A DNA stretch of 64,000 nucleotides from Candidatus Avispirillum sp. (GTDB lineage: Bacteria; Bacillota; Clostridia; Oscillospirales; CAG-272), in assembly GCA_045641325.1 (NCBI GenBank), contig JAZUGU010000138.1:440-64439 (forward strand), read 5' to 3'. Shown in pieces: positions 25,835 to 36,299 of this stretch; the first letter of the stretch is position 1; every line of letters begins with the position of its first letter. Position numbers and translations under genes: made by a program. The notes beneath the pieces are model-generated. The model did no database searches and was not told the origin of the DNA. It saw only the letters and a program-made list of their open reading frames with translations.

Positions 25835-26457
25835 CCGATCCCTATAAAGTCCTCGGCGTATCAAGAAGCGCTACGGACGAGGAGATTAAAAAAGCATACA
25901 GAGCGCTTGCCAGAAAATATCACCCCGATAATTATACTGATTCCAACCTTGCTGATCTTGCTGAAGAAAAAATGAAAGAGATCAATGAGGCATATGATAC
26001 CATTCAGTCCGAACGTTCCGGAAAGGGAAGCGGTTCATCCGGCAATTCATATAATTACGGCGGCGGCACAACTTCTGATGTCCGTTTTGCGGAAATCAGA
26101 AGCCTTATCAATCAGCGCAGATATTCAGAAGCTGAAATCAGGCTGGACTCTATGTCCGCATCGGACAGAAACGCCGAATGGAACTTTTTGAAGGCATGTG
26201 TCCTTATTCAGAGAGGTCATTTCTTTGACGCACAGAAATATATAGAAACTGCCTGCTATATGGATCCGGGTAATATGGAATACAGAAACGTCAGAGACCA
26301 GATGTCTTCACGTGCCGGCAGCTTCGGCTCGGGTTACAATACGGGATATAATACGAGCAATCCGTCTGATTGCGATATCTGCTCAATATGTCAGACCATT
26401 TACTGCATGGACTGCTGCTGCGAGCTGATGGGCGGCGACTGTATACGCTGCTGCTGA
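25831..26457 (+). CDS. J-domain protein with Cys-rich C-terminal tail
   Basis: [31 protein letters not shown] (HPD motif). Tail [32 protein letters not shown] overlap with the upstream gene. Confidence 0.85.
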   Translation: MTDPYKVLGVSRSATDEEIKKAYRALARKYHPDNYTDSNLADLAEEKMKEINEAYDTIQSERSGKGSGSSGNSYNYGGGTTSDVRFAEIRSLINQRRYSEAEIRLDSMSASDRNAEWNFLKACVLIQRGHFFDAQKYIETACYMDPGNMEYRNVRDQMSSRAGSFGSGYNTGYNTSNPSDCDICSICQTIYCMDCCCELMGGDCIRCC

Positions 26458-26458
26458 C

Positions 26459-26977
26459 ATGGGAAACAAAAACACCAAAAAAACGGCTGTTGCCGCGATG
26501 CTTGCGGCTCTCAGCTTCGTTCTTATGTACCTCGGTGCTTTGTCGGGAGTCTTTGATCTCTGTGCGGTGACTGTCGGAGCTCTCGGATGTGCCTTCGCAG
26601 TCATTGAACTGGGCGGCATATGGCCGTGGCTCGTTGCCGCGGTATGCGGGACTCTTTCCATCATTCTCCTTCCGGATAAATTCGCGGCTCTCGAGTATAT
26701 AGTCCTCGGCGGTATATATCCTATTGTCAAGTCATATGTGGAAAGACTCCCGAAAATACCTGCATGGCTGCTGAAATTAATATATTTCAACGTAATGCTA
26801 ACCCTTTGCCTTCTTGCCGCCAGATTTCTTATCGGGACGGAGGAAGACTGGGTCACCTTTAATCTGATTGTCTACGGCGCCGCAAACATATTTTTTATAA
26901 TATTCGACGTTGCACTGACTATGTTCATATCGGTTTATGTTTTAAGACTGAGAAAAAAGTTTAAATTCAAGATTTGA
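26459..26977 (+). CDS. hypothetical polytopic membrane protein
   Basis: 172 aa with 4-5 hydrophobic segments. Starts 1 nt after the J-protein stop. Confidence 0.65.
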   Translation: MGNKNTKKTAVAAMLAALSFVLMYLGALSGVFDLCAVTVGALGCAFAVIELGGIWPWLVAAVCGTLSIILLPDKFAALEYIVLGGIYPIVKSYVERLPKIPAWLLKLIYFNVMLTLCLLAARFLIGTEEDWVTFNLIVYGAANIFFIIFDVALTMFISVYVLRLRKKFKFKI

Positions 26978-27002
26978 TCGAAAAAAATGACGGAGGCGTA
27001 AA

Positions 27003-27710
27003 GTGTCTGCTATCAACAAAGAAAATTATCAGTTATTTACTTATACCAATGAGAATCTCCTTACGGGAACTCCCCGCGGTATTTGTATAGAATTCCACGG
27101 TCTCAACCTCACGGGGCCTTATTGGGAGCCTGAAGAGCGTGCAAAAAAATTTGCAGACGCAGGCGTGATACTTGTAAAGCCTATGACTAACCCCTGGTCC
27201 TGGATGAATCCCCAGGCATTTGAAATTACAGAGAGAATCGTTGAAATATTAGGAGAAAAATATCCTAATGTTGACAAAAATCTGTGCGTAGCAGGCGGAA
27301 GCATGGGCGGATATGAATCGCTGATGTATTCTGTATATACTGACAGAAAGTTGCTGTCCTGTACGGTCAACTGTCCTCTCTGCGACTGCGAGATTTTTGA
27401 ACAGGATGATCCCTGGAGAGCGAAGACCATTAAAGAAGCCTTTTATAACGAGGGAGATTTCGCAAAATCTCTTTCCGTTCATTCTCCTATAAACCGTATT
27501 TCCGATATGCCCGATATCCCGTACTATGTTTTTCAGTGCACCGGTGATCAGATCATAAAAAAAGACCATCAATCAGATCCTTTCGTCGAAAAGGCGAAGG
27601 CATCACATAACGTAACCTACTTTATATCCGAAACTCCCGAGCATTGTGAACTCTCTCCCGAGCTTTGGATCAAGTACGACGAATGTATTCTTTCTTCATT
27701 CGATAACTGA
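27003..27710 (+). CDS. alpha/beta hydrolase (prolyl-oligopeptidase/esterase-like)
   Basis: Nucleophile elbow GGSMGG. 235 aa. GTG start. Confidence 0.65.
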   Translation: MSAINKENYQLFTYTNENLLTGTPRGICIEFHGLNLTGPYWEPEERAKKFADAGVILVKPMTNPWSWMNPQAFEITERIVEILGEKYPNVDKNLCVAGGSMGGYESLMYSVYTDRKLLSCTVNCPLCDCEIFEQDDPWRAKTIKEAFYNEGDFAKSLSVHSPINRISDMPDIPYYVFQCTGDQIIKKDHQSDPFVEKAKASHNVTYFISETPEHCELSPELWIKYDECILSSFDN

Positions 27711-27812
27711 TATATAATATTTGTCACTTTTTTGTCGAATGTACTTGAAAAAGAACGTGAACGGGTTTATAATTAATTAATAAAATATGCGTATACGCAG
27801 AAAGAGGATATT

Positions 27813-28442
27813 ATGAGTCGTTTACACGTGCTTGATCATCCCATGATTACTCATAAGCTGACACTTATGAGAAAGAAAGAGACCGGAGCCAAGGATTTCC
27901 GTCAGCTTCTGAATGAGATCTCAATGCTTATGGGATACGAGATCACAAGAGATCTTCCTCTTGAAGACGTAGAGATAGAAACTCCCGTTTCCAAGATGAC
28001 CGCCAAGATTATTTCCGGTAAAAAGCTTGCAGTAGTTCCGATCCTCCGTGCCGGGCTCGGTATGGTAGACGGTATTCTCAGCCTTGTTCCCGTTGCGAAA
28101 GTAGGTCATATTGGTCTTTACCGTGACCCTGAAACACACCTTCCCGTTGAGTATTACTGCAAGATGCCTCCCGATATCAACGACCGTATCGTTATTGTTG
28201 TCGATCCCATGCTTGCGACCGGCGGCAGCGCATCTGATGCCATTTCCATGCTGAAGAAACGCGGATGTACCAACATTAAGCTTATGTGTCTTGTAGGTGC
28301 TCCTGAGGGCGCGGAAAAGGTCATGGCAGATCATCCCGATGTTGATATTTACATTGCTGCAATGGATGAGAAGCTTAACGAGAACAAATATATCATTCCC
28401 GGCCTCGGCGATGCAGGCGACAGACTTTTCGGCACGAAATAA
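27813..28442 (+). CDS. upp: uracil phosphoribosyltransferase
   Basis: 209 aa. Full-length match to the Upp pattern ([31 protein letters not shown]). Confidence 0.95.
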   Translation: MSRLHVLDHPMITHKLTLMRKKETGAKDFRQLLNEISMLMGYEITRDLPLEDVEIETPVSKMTAKIISGKKLAVVPILRAGLGMVDGILSLVPVAKVGHIGLYRDPETHLPVEYYCKMPPDINDRIVIVVDPMLATGGSASDAISMLKKRGCTNIKLMCLVGAPEGAEKVMADHPDVDIYIAAMDEKLNENKYIIPGLGDAGDRLFGTK

Positions 28443-28467
28443 CAGAATTACTGAATCATACGAGAAA

Positions 28468-28491
28468 ACGTGGGCATGCCCACGTTTTCTC
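28468..28491 (+). terminator. intrinsic terminator after upp
   Basis: ACGTGGGC-at-GCCCACGT followed by TTTTCT. Confidence 0.6.
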
Positions 28492-28514
28492 CGTAATAGT
28501 TTGTTTTTAAAATT

Positions 28515-29498
28515 ATGATAAGATTGGTGCTCAATAAAAACGACGGCGGACAGCGTCTTGATAAATACCTTACCAAGGCGCTTTGCGGTATTCCCGCACC
28601 GCTTATGTATAAGTATATCCGAAAGAAGCGTATCAAGGTCAACGGAAAACGTGCAAAAGAAAATGATATTCTGTCCGAAGGGGACGTTATAGAGCTTTAT
28701 ATCCCGGATGAATTTTCGGTGAATTCTGCTGACACCTCGGAATTCGACAGAATCAACGTTAACCTTGATGTAGTATATGAAGACGGGAACATCATAATAT
28801 GTGAAAAACGTCCCGGTGTTCTTTCACATACAGGAGATAAAGGCGAAAACGGTACTGCCGCTATTCCCGAGCGCGATACGCTGATTTTCATGATTTGGGC
28901 ATACCTTTATAAGAAGGGCGAATACGATCCCGGTAATGAAACCACTTTTTCTCCCGCGCTTTGTAACCGTATAGACAGAAACACCGGAGGTCTCGTGATA
29001 GCCGCAAAAAATGCGGAGAGTCTGCGTGAAATGAACAGACTTATTGCGGGTGGCTTGGTGGATAAAAGATATCTGTGTGCCGTCCATGGCAGAATGACTC
29101 CCGCCAAAGGAACGCTTACCGGATATCTTTTCAAGAACTCAAAGACAAAAAAGGTCACGGTATCAAAAGATATGAGGAGGGGTGCCAAGAGCATCGTCAC
29201 CTCATACATCACCATGAAATACAGCAAAGCAAATGATTTGTCTCTGCTTGAGGTGCACCTTGAAACCGGAAGAACTCACCAGATACGCGCTCACATGGCA
29301 TCTGTCGGACATCCGCTTCTGGGCGAAGGAAAATATGCCGAAAACAGGGAAGACCGGAAGCTCGGTTATAAGTATCAGGCTCTGTATTCTTATAAGGTAA
29401 GCTTCGGTGAGTCGGATGGATGTTTATCGTATCTCGGATCAAAATGCTTTGAAGCAAATCGCAATAATATAGGATTTCTTAAGATATTTGAGGATTAA
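28515..29498 (+). CDS. RluA-family pseudouridine synthase with N-terminal S4 domain
   Basis: NRIDRNTGGL catalytic Asp motif and TGRTHQIRAH. Confidence 0.85.
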   Translation: MIRLVLNKNDGGQRLDKYLTKALCGIPAPLMYKYIRKKRIKVNGKRAKENDILSEGDVIELYIPDEFSVNSADTSEFDRINVNLDVVYEDGNIIICEKRPGVLSHTGDKGENGTAAIPERDTLIFMIWAYLYKKGEYDPGNETTFSPALCNRIDRNTGGLVIAAKNAESLREMNRLIAGGLVDKRYLCAVHGRMTPAKGTLTGYLFKNSKTKKVTVSKDMRRGAKSIVTSYITMKYSKANDLSLLEVHLETGRTHQIRAHMASVGHPLLGEGKYAENREDRKLGYKYQALYSYKVSFGESDGCLSYLGSKCFEANRNNIGFLKIFED

Positions 29499-29500
29499 TA

Positions 29501-31096
29501 ATGGAGAAAGCCGGAAACATAAAAACGATTCACCGTATACTGCGGTTTTGTCTTTATGCTGCATCCGGCTTTCTTTGCGCTTTCCCGCTTGTTTTCGGCA
29601 GCTGGTGGATAACAGCGTGGATCGCTCCAGTACCTGTACTTTTCTGCGAGTTCTTTTCTGATTTTCCCCGTGAACACAGATTTTTCAAGGCATGGGCGAG
29701 AGGACTTCTGTTTTTCTTTTGTTACAGCTTTGTTGCATTTTCATGGTTTGCCAGCATATATCCAATAGATTACCTCGGATATAGCAGAGCAGATGCGATA
29801 ATCGTAATTGTGCTTGCAATGACGGGGCTGCCGCTTATACAGGCTGCTGTTTCTGCTTTTGTATTTGTATATATTTCCGCTGTTCGCGAAAGAGTGAATA
29901 AATATATCGTATTCATAGGATGTGCTTTTCTCTGGGCTGTTGCTGAATGGATGCAGACATTGACGTTTGCAGGCGTTCCATGGGGCAGAATGGCTGTAGG
30001 CCAGGCGGAGAACAAGGCCGTCATTCAGAGTGCTTCGTTGTTTGGATCATATTTTGTGACGTTTATCATCATCCTGACAGCTTGCTTTCTTGCGGATTGC
30101 GCGCACCGCTTTGTCTTATCGCAGAGGAAAAGATCTCTGATTTCTTTCATTGTTGCGATCGGCATTTTTTCACTCAATCTTGGATACGGAAGTATTAAGA
30201 TAAATACGAGTGATTATAGCGGCGAAAATGTAAAGGTTGCCGCACTTCAGGGAAATATTCTGTTTGAAGATAAATACTACCTCAAAGAAGATTACATAAT
30301 GGACACCTACCGCGAATTGACAATGTCTGCCGCAAATGACGGTGCAGGGCTGATCCTGTGGCCTGAAACTGCAATTCCGTGTGATTTTGAAGAAGACGAT
30401 ATGTATGCCGACTATCTGACGGACCTTCAGACTGACGCTGACTGTGTTATAATGGCAGGATTTTTCCGGCAGGACGGTGACAGACTTTATAATTCCGTTT
30501 TTCCGGTCACCGAAAAAGGAATATCAAGAGAGTATTACAGCAAACGTCATCTCGTACCGTTCGGTGAATACGTTCCTTATGAAGACTTGATAAATATGAT
30601 CTGTCCTCCATTAGGCAGATTTGCCGCCATTGATTACCCGTTATCCGCAGGCGATGATGCTTGTGTTTTCGGTATCCCGTGCGGAAGGGTGTCATGTCTT
30701 GTTTGCTTCGATTCAATATATGAAGATCTGTCGCTTGAGGCTGTTCGTGACGGTTCACAGCTCCTTCTCGTTTCAACTAACGATTCGTGGTTTTCCGGCA
30801 GCCCGGCACTCCGGCAGCATAATCTTCAGACCGCTCTCAGATGCGTTGAAACAGGGCGTTATGCCGTGAGAGCGGCAAATACCGGTATCTCTTCGGTTAT
30901 TACTCCAAACGGTGAAATAACGTCTTCTCTGGGTGACGGAGAACGCGGATACATTATCGATGAAGTGAAAATGATAACTGATATGACGTTATACGATTCG
31001 GTGGGAAATATCATCATACCTATCGGTATCGGTTTTGCATTTCTCACGGTCATTGCCGCCTTATTGAGGAAAAAAGATGGAAATAATAATAAATAA
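29501..31096 (+). CDS. lnt: apolipoprotein N-acyltransferase homologue (polytopic N-domain + CN-hydrolase domain)
   Basis: 531 aa. Residues match the E-K-C triad contexts: LILWPETAIP, YSKRHLVPFGEYVP, VSCLVCFDS. Confidence 0.75.
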   Translation: MEKAGNIKTIHRILRFCLYAASGFLCAFPLVFGSWWITAWIAPVPVLFCEFFSDFPREHRFFKAWARGLLFFFCYSFVAFSWFASIYPIDYLGYSRADAIIVIVLAMTGLPLIQAAVSAFVFVYISAVRERVNKYIVFIGCAFLWAVAEWMQTLTFAGVPWGRMAVGQAENKAVIQSASLFGSYFVTFIIILTACFLADCAHRFVLSQRKRSLISFIVAIGIFSLNLGYGSIKINTSDYSGENVKVAALQGNILFEDKYYLKEDYIMDTYRELTMSAANDGAGLILWPETAIPCDFEEDDMYADYLTDLQTDADCVIMAGFFRQDGDRLYNSVFPVTEKGISREYYSKRHLVPFGEYVPYEDLINMICPPLGRFAAIDYPLSAGDDACVFGIPCGRVSCLVCFDSIYEDLSLEAVRDGSQLLLVSTNDSWFSGSPALRQHNLQTALRCVETGRYAVRAANTGISSVITPNGEITSSLGDGERGYIIDEVKMITDMTLYDSVGNIIIPIGIGFAFLTVIAALLRKKDGNNNK

Positions 31097-32057
31097 AGAA
31101 ACGGATGGCAAGACTGTCAAGGACTATCTGTTCCGTGATCTCGGTTATTCGAGCGGCCTTGTAAAGAAACTTAAATTCCGTGACAACGGTATCACGGTAA
31201 ACGGCGAATTCGTGACTGTGCGCCGAATACTCCACACGGGAGATGTGCTTCGTCTTCGTACAGAGGATGAGGAGGAAGATACATGTCCGTACATGATCCC
31301 GGTTGATCTTCCCATCAGGATAGCATATGAGGACGAGTATCTTACTGTTGTGGATAAGCCCCCCATGATGCCAGCTCATCCGTCATATCAGCACAGACTT
31401 GACACAGTTGCCAATGCGCTTGCATTCAGATATTCGGATGCCCCGTTCGTTTTTCGCCCTGTCAACAGACTTGATCGTGACACAAGCGGACTTATGCTTA
31501 CTGCAAGAACGAGAATAGCTGCTTTGAAGCTCTATTCATCCATGGTCGGCGGAGATATTACAAAGCTTTATCTGGCATTGCTTTCCGATACGCCGAAGGA
31601 ATCATCCGGGATAATCAGAACTTATATGAAAAGAGCGAATGACAGTATAATCATGCGCCGGGTCTGCGACGAAAATGAAGAAAAAGCCCGGCTTGCTCTT
31701 ACAGCTTATAAAGTGATATATTCAGCGCCCGGTGTATGTGCCGTTATCGCATCACCTGTTACGGGCAGAACACATCAGCTGAGAGTACACTTTTCGCACA
31801 TAGGATGTCCTCTGCTCGGAGATACCATGTACGGTGGAAATACAGAAAAAATAGAACGGCATGCTCTACATTCGGCGTACTTATCTTTTCCGCACCCGGA
31901 CGGTACGATCCGTGAGGTGGTATCGCCGATCCCGGATGATATGAGGTCAGTCCTCGGAACTGATGCCCGTCTTGTCAATGAATCATTTTCTGAAGAAATT
32001 CACGGTGAAATAGAAGAATTAAGGAAAATATGCACAGAAGTAAAAACAAAAAAATAA
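31077..32057 (+). CDS. RluA-family pseudouridine synthase
   Basis: NRLDRDTSGL and TGRTHQLRVH motifs. GAGGAAAAAAG upstream of the ATG. Overlaps lnt by 20 nt. Confidence 0.85.
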   Translation: MEIIINKETDGKTVKDYLFRDLGYSSGLVKKLKFRDNGITVNGEFVTVRRILHTGDVLRLRTEDEEEDTCPYMIPVDLPIRIAYEDEYLTVVDKPPMMPAHPSYQHRLDTVANALAFRYSDAPFVFRPVNRLDRDTSGLMLTARTRIAALKLYSSMVGGDITKLYLALLSDTPKESSGIIRTYMKRANDSIIMRRVCDENEEKARLALTAYKVIYSAPGVCAVIASPVTGRTHQLRVHFSHIGCPLLGDTMYGGNTEKIERHALHSAYLSFPHPDGTIREVVSPIPDDMRSVLGTDARLVNESFSEEIHGEIEELRKICTEVKTKK

Positions 32058-33127
32058 GGGCGATCCCCCTCGTATTTATTATCCTTGCGGTTCTTGCCGT
32101 TCTTTGTGTATCGGCACAGATATCATTTCTGTATTCCCCTGCATTTGCCGATGGCTTCAATTCATCTGTCGGATTTGCCTATAGATATCTGACAGCGAAA
32201 CTGACGGATTTTATCCCTTTTTCATTTGCGGAATTTCTTCTGTTTACATCTCCGCTTCTTTTGACGGTTATTATCATAAGCCTTTGCAGATATGCGAGCA
32301 AAGGCCGTGTCTGTCTTGTCCGCGGAATATGCTTTTTCCTCTGTCTCCCGATCCTTGTATACTGTATGTTCGTTGCGGGTCTTGCTCCCGGATATCGGGG
32401 AACCGGGCTTGATGAAAAGCTCTCTCTTGACAAAAGGGAAGTATCTGCAGGCGATCTTTATCATACTCAGATGATAATTGTGAGCGAACTCAATAACTGT
32501 GCTGAAAATGTCACTTTTTCGCCGGACGGTTCTTCGGTTATGCCGTTTGGTTATTCTGAAATGAGTAATAAGCTCTGCCGTGCATATGACAAAGTATGCG
32601 GTAATTACGGCTTTATTGACGATTTCAGCTCTGATGTTAAGCCTTTGGTCGTAAGCGAATATATGACGTACACGCATCTCTCCGGTATATATACTTTTTT
32701 CACCGGAGAAGCCAACATCAATACTAACTATCCGCAGTACATTGTAGCTTATACTGCCGCACATGAAATGTCCCATCAGCGAGGAATATCAAAAGAAGAC
32801 GAGGCAAACTTTATCGCTTTTCTTGTTTGTACGTCTTCCGATGATCCGTATATAAGATACAGCGGATATCTGAATATGTACAGCTATGTTGCCAATGCGC
32901 TGTATTCTGCGGATCAGACTTTATATTCATCCGCATACAATTCGCTTGATCCGCGTGTCAGAGGGGAACTTAAGGCTTATTCGGAGTTTTTTGATAAATA
33001 CCGTGACAGTAAAGCATCCGAGGTTTCCGACAAACTTAACGAAGCGTACCTTGAAAGCCAGGGAACTGCCGGTGTCAGGAGCTACGGAATGGTAGTTGAT
33101 CTTGCTGTTGCTTATTATATGAAATAA
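32030..33127 (+). CDS. DUF3810-family membrane-anchored putative zinc metalloprotease
   Basis: N-terminal TM segments and an HEMSHQ (HExxH) motif. Confidence 0.7.
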   Translation: MHRSKNKKIRAIPLVFIILAVLAVLCVSAQISFLYSPAFADGFNSSVGFAYRYLTAKLTDFIPFSFAEFLLFTSPLLLTVIIISLCRYASKGRVCLVRGICFFLCLPILVYCMFVAGLAPGYRGTGLDEKLSLDKREVSAGDLYHTQMIIVSELNNCAENVTFSPDGSSVMPFGYSEMSNKLCRAYDKVCGNYGFIDDFSSDVKPLVVSEYMTYTHLSGIYTFFTGEANINTNYPQYIVAYTAAHEMSHQRGISKEDEANFIAFLVCTSSDDPYIRYSGYLNMYSYVANALYSADQTLYSSAYNSLDPRVRGELKAYSEFFDKYRDSKASEVSDKLNEAYLESQGTAGVRSYGMVVDLAVAYYMK

Positions 33128-33160
33128 TAAAGAGCGGCACTTTTAGTGCCGCTCTTTTAT
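33128..33160. terminator. bidirectional terminator between convergent DUF3810 gene and ileS
   Basis: AGAGCGGCAC-ttta-GTGCCGCTCT flanked by an A-run and a T-run. Confidence 0.75.
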
Positions 33161-33161
33161 G

Positions 33162-36100
33162 TTATCTTTTGATCGTAATGACAACGTCTTCGCCGTTGAT
33201 GTTCCAATCCTTGGAAACACCGTCTGCGGGAGCATTTTCATATGCGAGCGAGTCCGCAAGAACAGCCTTTGAGAATTCGTCGGGATTGTTTTTGAGAATA
33301 TTCTTAATCTTCTCACTTCCGGTGACAGTCACGGAGATGTGATCGGTCACATTGAAATCGGAATCTTTTCTCATTGTCTGTACTTTGGAGATCAGCTCTC
33401 TGATGAAGCCCTCTTCGATAAGCTCATCGGTAAGAGTTGTGCAAAGGGCAACTGTGAGTCCGTTATCGGCAACGGAGAACCAGCCTTCCTTCTGTGAAAC
33501 ATCTATAAGAAGATCGTCACGTGTAAGGGTTACGGTATCACCGTTAACGTCAAACGTAAGGGCGCCGGTCGCATCTATCTGTGCCATTGCCGCATTACCG
33601 TCAACATTGGCAAGATATTCTTTTATAGCTCCGAGGTATTTGCCGTACTTAGGACCAACCGTACGAAGCTGAGGCTTGAAACTGTACGATGAGATCTGCG
33701 AAATATCTGCAGAGAAGGATGCGTATTTTACGTTCAGCTCGTCTTCAACGATTGCCTTATAATAATCGCTGACCTCTCTGTCAGTCTTTATGCAGATTTC
33801 AGACAGAGGCTGACGGTTCTTGATGTTCGCGCCGTTTCTTGCTGAACGTCCGAGGACGACCGCATCGAGGATGAATTCCATATCCTCTTCAAGTTTCTTA
33901 TCGATGAATGATTCATATACTTCGGGATAAGAGCAGAAATGAACTGATTCGGGCGCGGTGGGATCTACCGTGCATACAAGGTTTCTGTATATATCCTCTG
34001 CCATGAAGGGTATCATAGGAGCTGCTGCCTTTGCTATGGTGACGAGGCAGGTGTAGAGCGTCATATAAGCGGCGATCTTATCGTCGGTCATGTCGGAAAC
34101 CCAGAAACGCTCGCGTGAACGTCTTACGTACCAGTTGGAAAGCTCATCCACAAAGGTGGAAAGACACTTAGCTGCCTCGGGAATCTTGTAAGCAGCGAGA
34201 TTTGCATCAGTATCCTTAACGGTGGAATTGAGGCGAGACAGAATGAATTTGTCCATAACAGTCAGCTTGTCTGCCTCGAGATGATGCTTTGTGGGATCGA
34301 AATTGTCGATATTTGCGTACAGTACCCAGAATGCATAGGTGTTCTGGAGAGTACCCATGAATTTTCTCTGGCCCTCGGTGACAGCCTTATCGCTGAAACG
34401 TGAGGGAAGCCAGGGAGCGGAGTTGGTGTAGAAATACCAGCGGATAGCATCTGCACCGTGTGTTTCAAGCGCATTGAAGGGATCGACGGCATTTCCTTTG
34501 GATTTGGACATTTTCTGTCCGTCCTCATCCTGTACGAGACCAAGAACTATAACGTTTTCGAAAGGTGCTTTGTCAAAGAGAAGTGTGGAGATCGCAAGCA
34601 GGGAATAGAACCAGCCTCTTGTCTGGTCTACTGCCTCGGAAATAAACTGTGCGGGGAACTGTTCCTCGAATTTCTCTTTGTTTTCGAAAGGATAGTGATG
34701 CTGAGCGAAAGGCATGGAGCCGGAGTCGAACCAGCAGTCAATGACCTCGGGAACTCTCTTCATTTCGCCGCCGCAGTCGGGACATTTGATTGTAACTGTG
34801 TCGATATAAGGACGGTGGAGCTCGATCTCATCGGGGCAGTTGTCAGACATCTGTTTCAGTTCTTCGATAGAGCCGATTGCGTGTCTCTTTCCGCACTTAC
34901 ATTCCCATATATTAAGGGGAGTGCCCCAGTAACGGTTACGGGACAGGGCCCAGTCCTGAACGTTTTCAAGCCAGTCACCGAATCTGCCCTTGCCGATAGA
35001 CTCGGGGATCCAGTTGATGGTATTGTTGTTCTTGATAAGGTCGTCACGGACCTCGGTCATCTTGATGTACCAGCTCTCACGGGCATAGTATATCAGAGGA
35101 GTGCCGCAGCGCCAGCAATGAGGATAGCTGTGCTCGAAATTGGGAGCGGAGAACAGTAGGCCAAGCTCCTTAAGGCTCTGAAGAATGAGCTTGTCAGCAT
35201 CCTTTACGAATACTCCTGCCCAATCCGTTTCTTCGGTCATCTCGCCTTTTTCGTTTACGAGCTGGATAAGGGGAAGTCCGTAAGCTCTGCCTATTCTCGC
35301 ATCGTCTTCACCGAATGCGGGCGCGATATGAACGATACCGGTACCGTCTTCCATGGTAACGTAATCATCGCAGGTCACGAACCAGCATTTCTCCTTGGGA
35401 GAAACAAATCTGTAAAGAGGCTCATATTCACGGCCCTCAAGGTCACGTCCAACGTATCTTTCGATAACTTCGTATGCACCCTCGCCGAGAACTTTATCAC
35501 AGAGTTTTTCTGCCAGAATATAAACGGCATCCTCGGTTTTTACTTTGACATAAGATTCATCGGGATTTACACACAGAGCGGTGTTGGAGGGAAGAGTCCA
35601 GGGCGTGGTAGTCCATGCGAGGAAAAATGCATCCTCGCCGGGGATCTTGAATTTTGCGATAGCGGAACGTTCTTTTACGTCTTTATATCCCTGAGCTACT
35701 TCGTGAGAGGACAGAGGTGTACCGCAGCGGGGGCAATAAGGTACTATCTTAAATCCCTTGTAAAGAAGACCTTTATCCCAGATCTTTTTGAGAGCCCACC
35801 ATTCGGACTCGATATAGCTGTTGTGATAGGTAACGTAGGGATCTTCCATATCAGCCCAGAATCCGACTGTATCGGAGAAGCTTTCCCACATTCCCTTATA
35901 CTTCCATACGGATTCCTTACACTTTTCTATAAAAGGTGCAATTCCGTAGTATTCGATCTGCTCCTTGCCGTTGATGCCGAGAAGCTTTTCAACTTCAAGC
36001 TCAACGGGAAGTCCGTGGGTGTCCCATCCGGCTTTTCTGGGAACGTATGCGCCCTTCATTGCATGGTAACGGGGGATCATATCCTTTATGACACGTGTCA

Positions 36101-36278
36101 GTACGTGTCCGATATGAGGCTTGCCGTTTGCCGTGGGAGGACCGTCATAAAAAGTATAGGTGGTGTCACCTTTCCTCTCGTGAAGAGCTTTTTTGGTGAT
36201 ACCGCACTCGTTCCAGAACTTGAGCGTCTCTTTCTCGCGCTCGACAAAATTCAGATCTGTCGGAACTTTCTTGTACAT
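33162..36278 (-). CDS. ileS: isoleucine--tRNA ligase
   Basis: HIGH (PHIGHVLT) and KMSKS motifs and Zn-finger cysteines. ATG 36278 preferred (AAGGAG upstream). The longer track ORF reads into the T-box leader. Confidence 0.95.
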   Translation of the reverse strand: MYKKVPTDLNFVEREKETLKFWNECGITKKALHERKGDTTYTFYDGPPTANGKPHIGHVLTRVIKDMIPRYHAMKGAYVPRKAGWDTHGLPVELEVEKLLGINGKEQIEYYGIAPFIEKCKESVWKYKGMWESFSDTVGFWADMEDPYVTYHNSYIESEWWALKKIWDKGLLYKGFKIVPYCPRCGTPLSSHEVAQGYKDVKERSAIAKFKIPGEDAFFLAWTTTPWTLPSNTALCVNPDESYVKVKTEDAVYILAEKLCDKVLGEGAYEVIERYVGRDLEGREYEPLYRFVSPKEKCWFVTCDDYVTMEDGTGIVHIAPAFGEDDARIGRAYGLPLIQLVNEKGEMTEETDWAGVFVKDADKLILQSLKELGLLFSAPNFEHSYPHCWRCGTPLIYYARESWYIKMTEVRDDLIKNNNTINWIPESIGKGRFGDWLENVQDWALSRNRYWGTPLNIWECKCGKRHAIGSIEELKQMSDNCPDEIELHRPYIDTVTIKCPDCGGEMKRVPEVIDCWFDSGSMPFAQHHYPFENKEKFEEQFPAQFISEAVDQTRGWFYSLLAISTLLFDKAPFENVIVLGLVQDEDGQKMSKSKGNAVDPFNALETHGADAIRWYFYTNSAPWLPSRFSDKAVTEGQRKFMGTLQNTYAFWVLYANIDNFDPTKHHLEADKLTVMDKFILSRLNSTVKDTDANLAAYKIPEAAKCLSTFVDELSNWYVRRSRERFWVSDMTDDKIAAYMTLYTCLVTIAKAAAPMIPFMAEDIYRNLVCTVDPTAPESVHFCSYPEVYESFIDKKLEEDMEFILDAVVLGRSARNGANIKNRQPLSEICIKTDREVSDYYKAIVEDELNVKYASFSADISQISSYSFKPQLRTVGPKYGKYLGAIKEYLANVDGNAAMAQIDATGALTFDVNGDTVTLTRDDLLIDVSQKEGWFSVADNGLTVALCTTLTDELIEEGFIRELISKVQTMRKDSDFNVTDHISVTVTGSEKIKNILKNNPDEFSKAVLADSLAYENAPADGVSKDWNINGEDVVITIKR

Positions 36279-36299
36279 TGTAAACTCCTTATATGGTAA

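Noticed and set aside
34458-36299. 233-aa and 323-aa plus-strand ORFs
   Set aside because: Both are antisense to ileS, whose identity is unambiguous (HIGH and KMSKS motifs). No SD or domain signal. Shadow frames.
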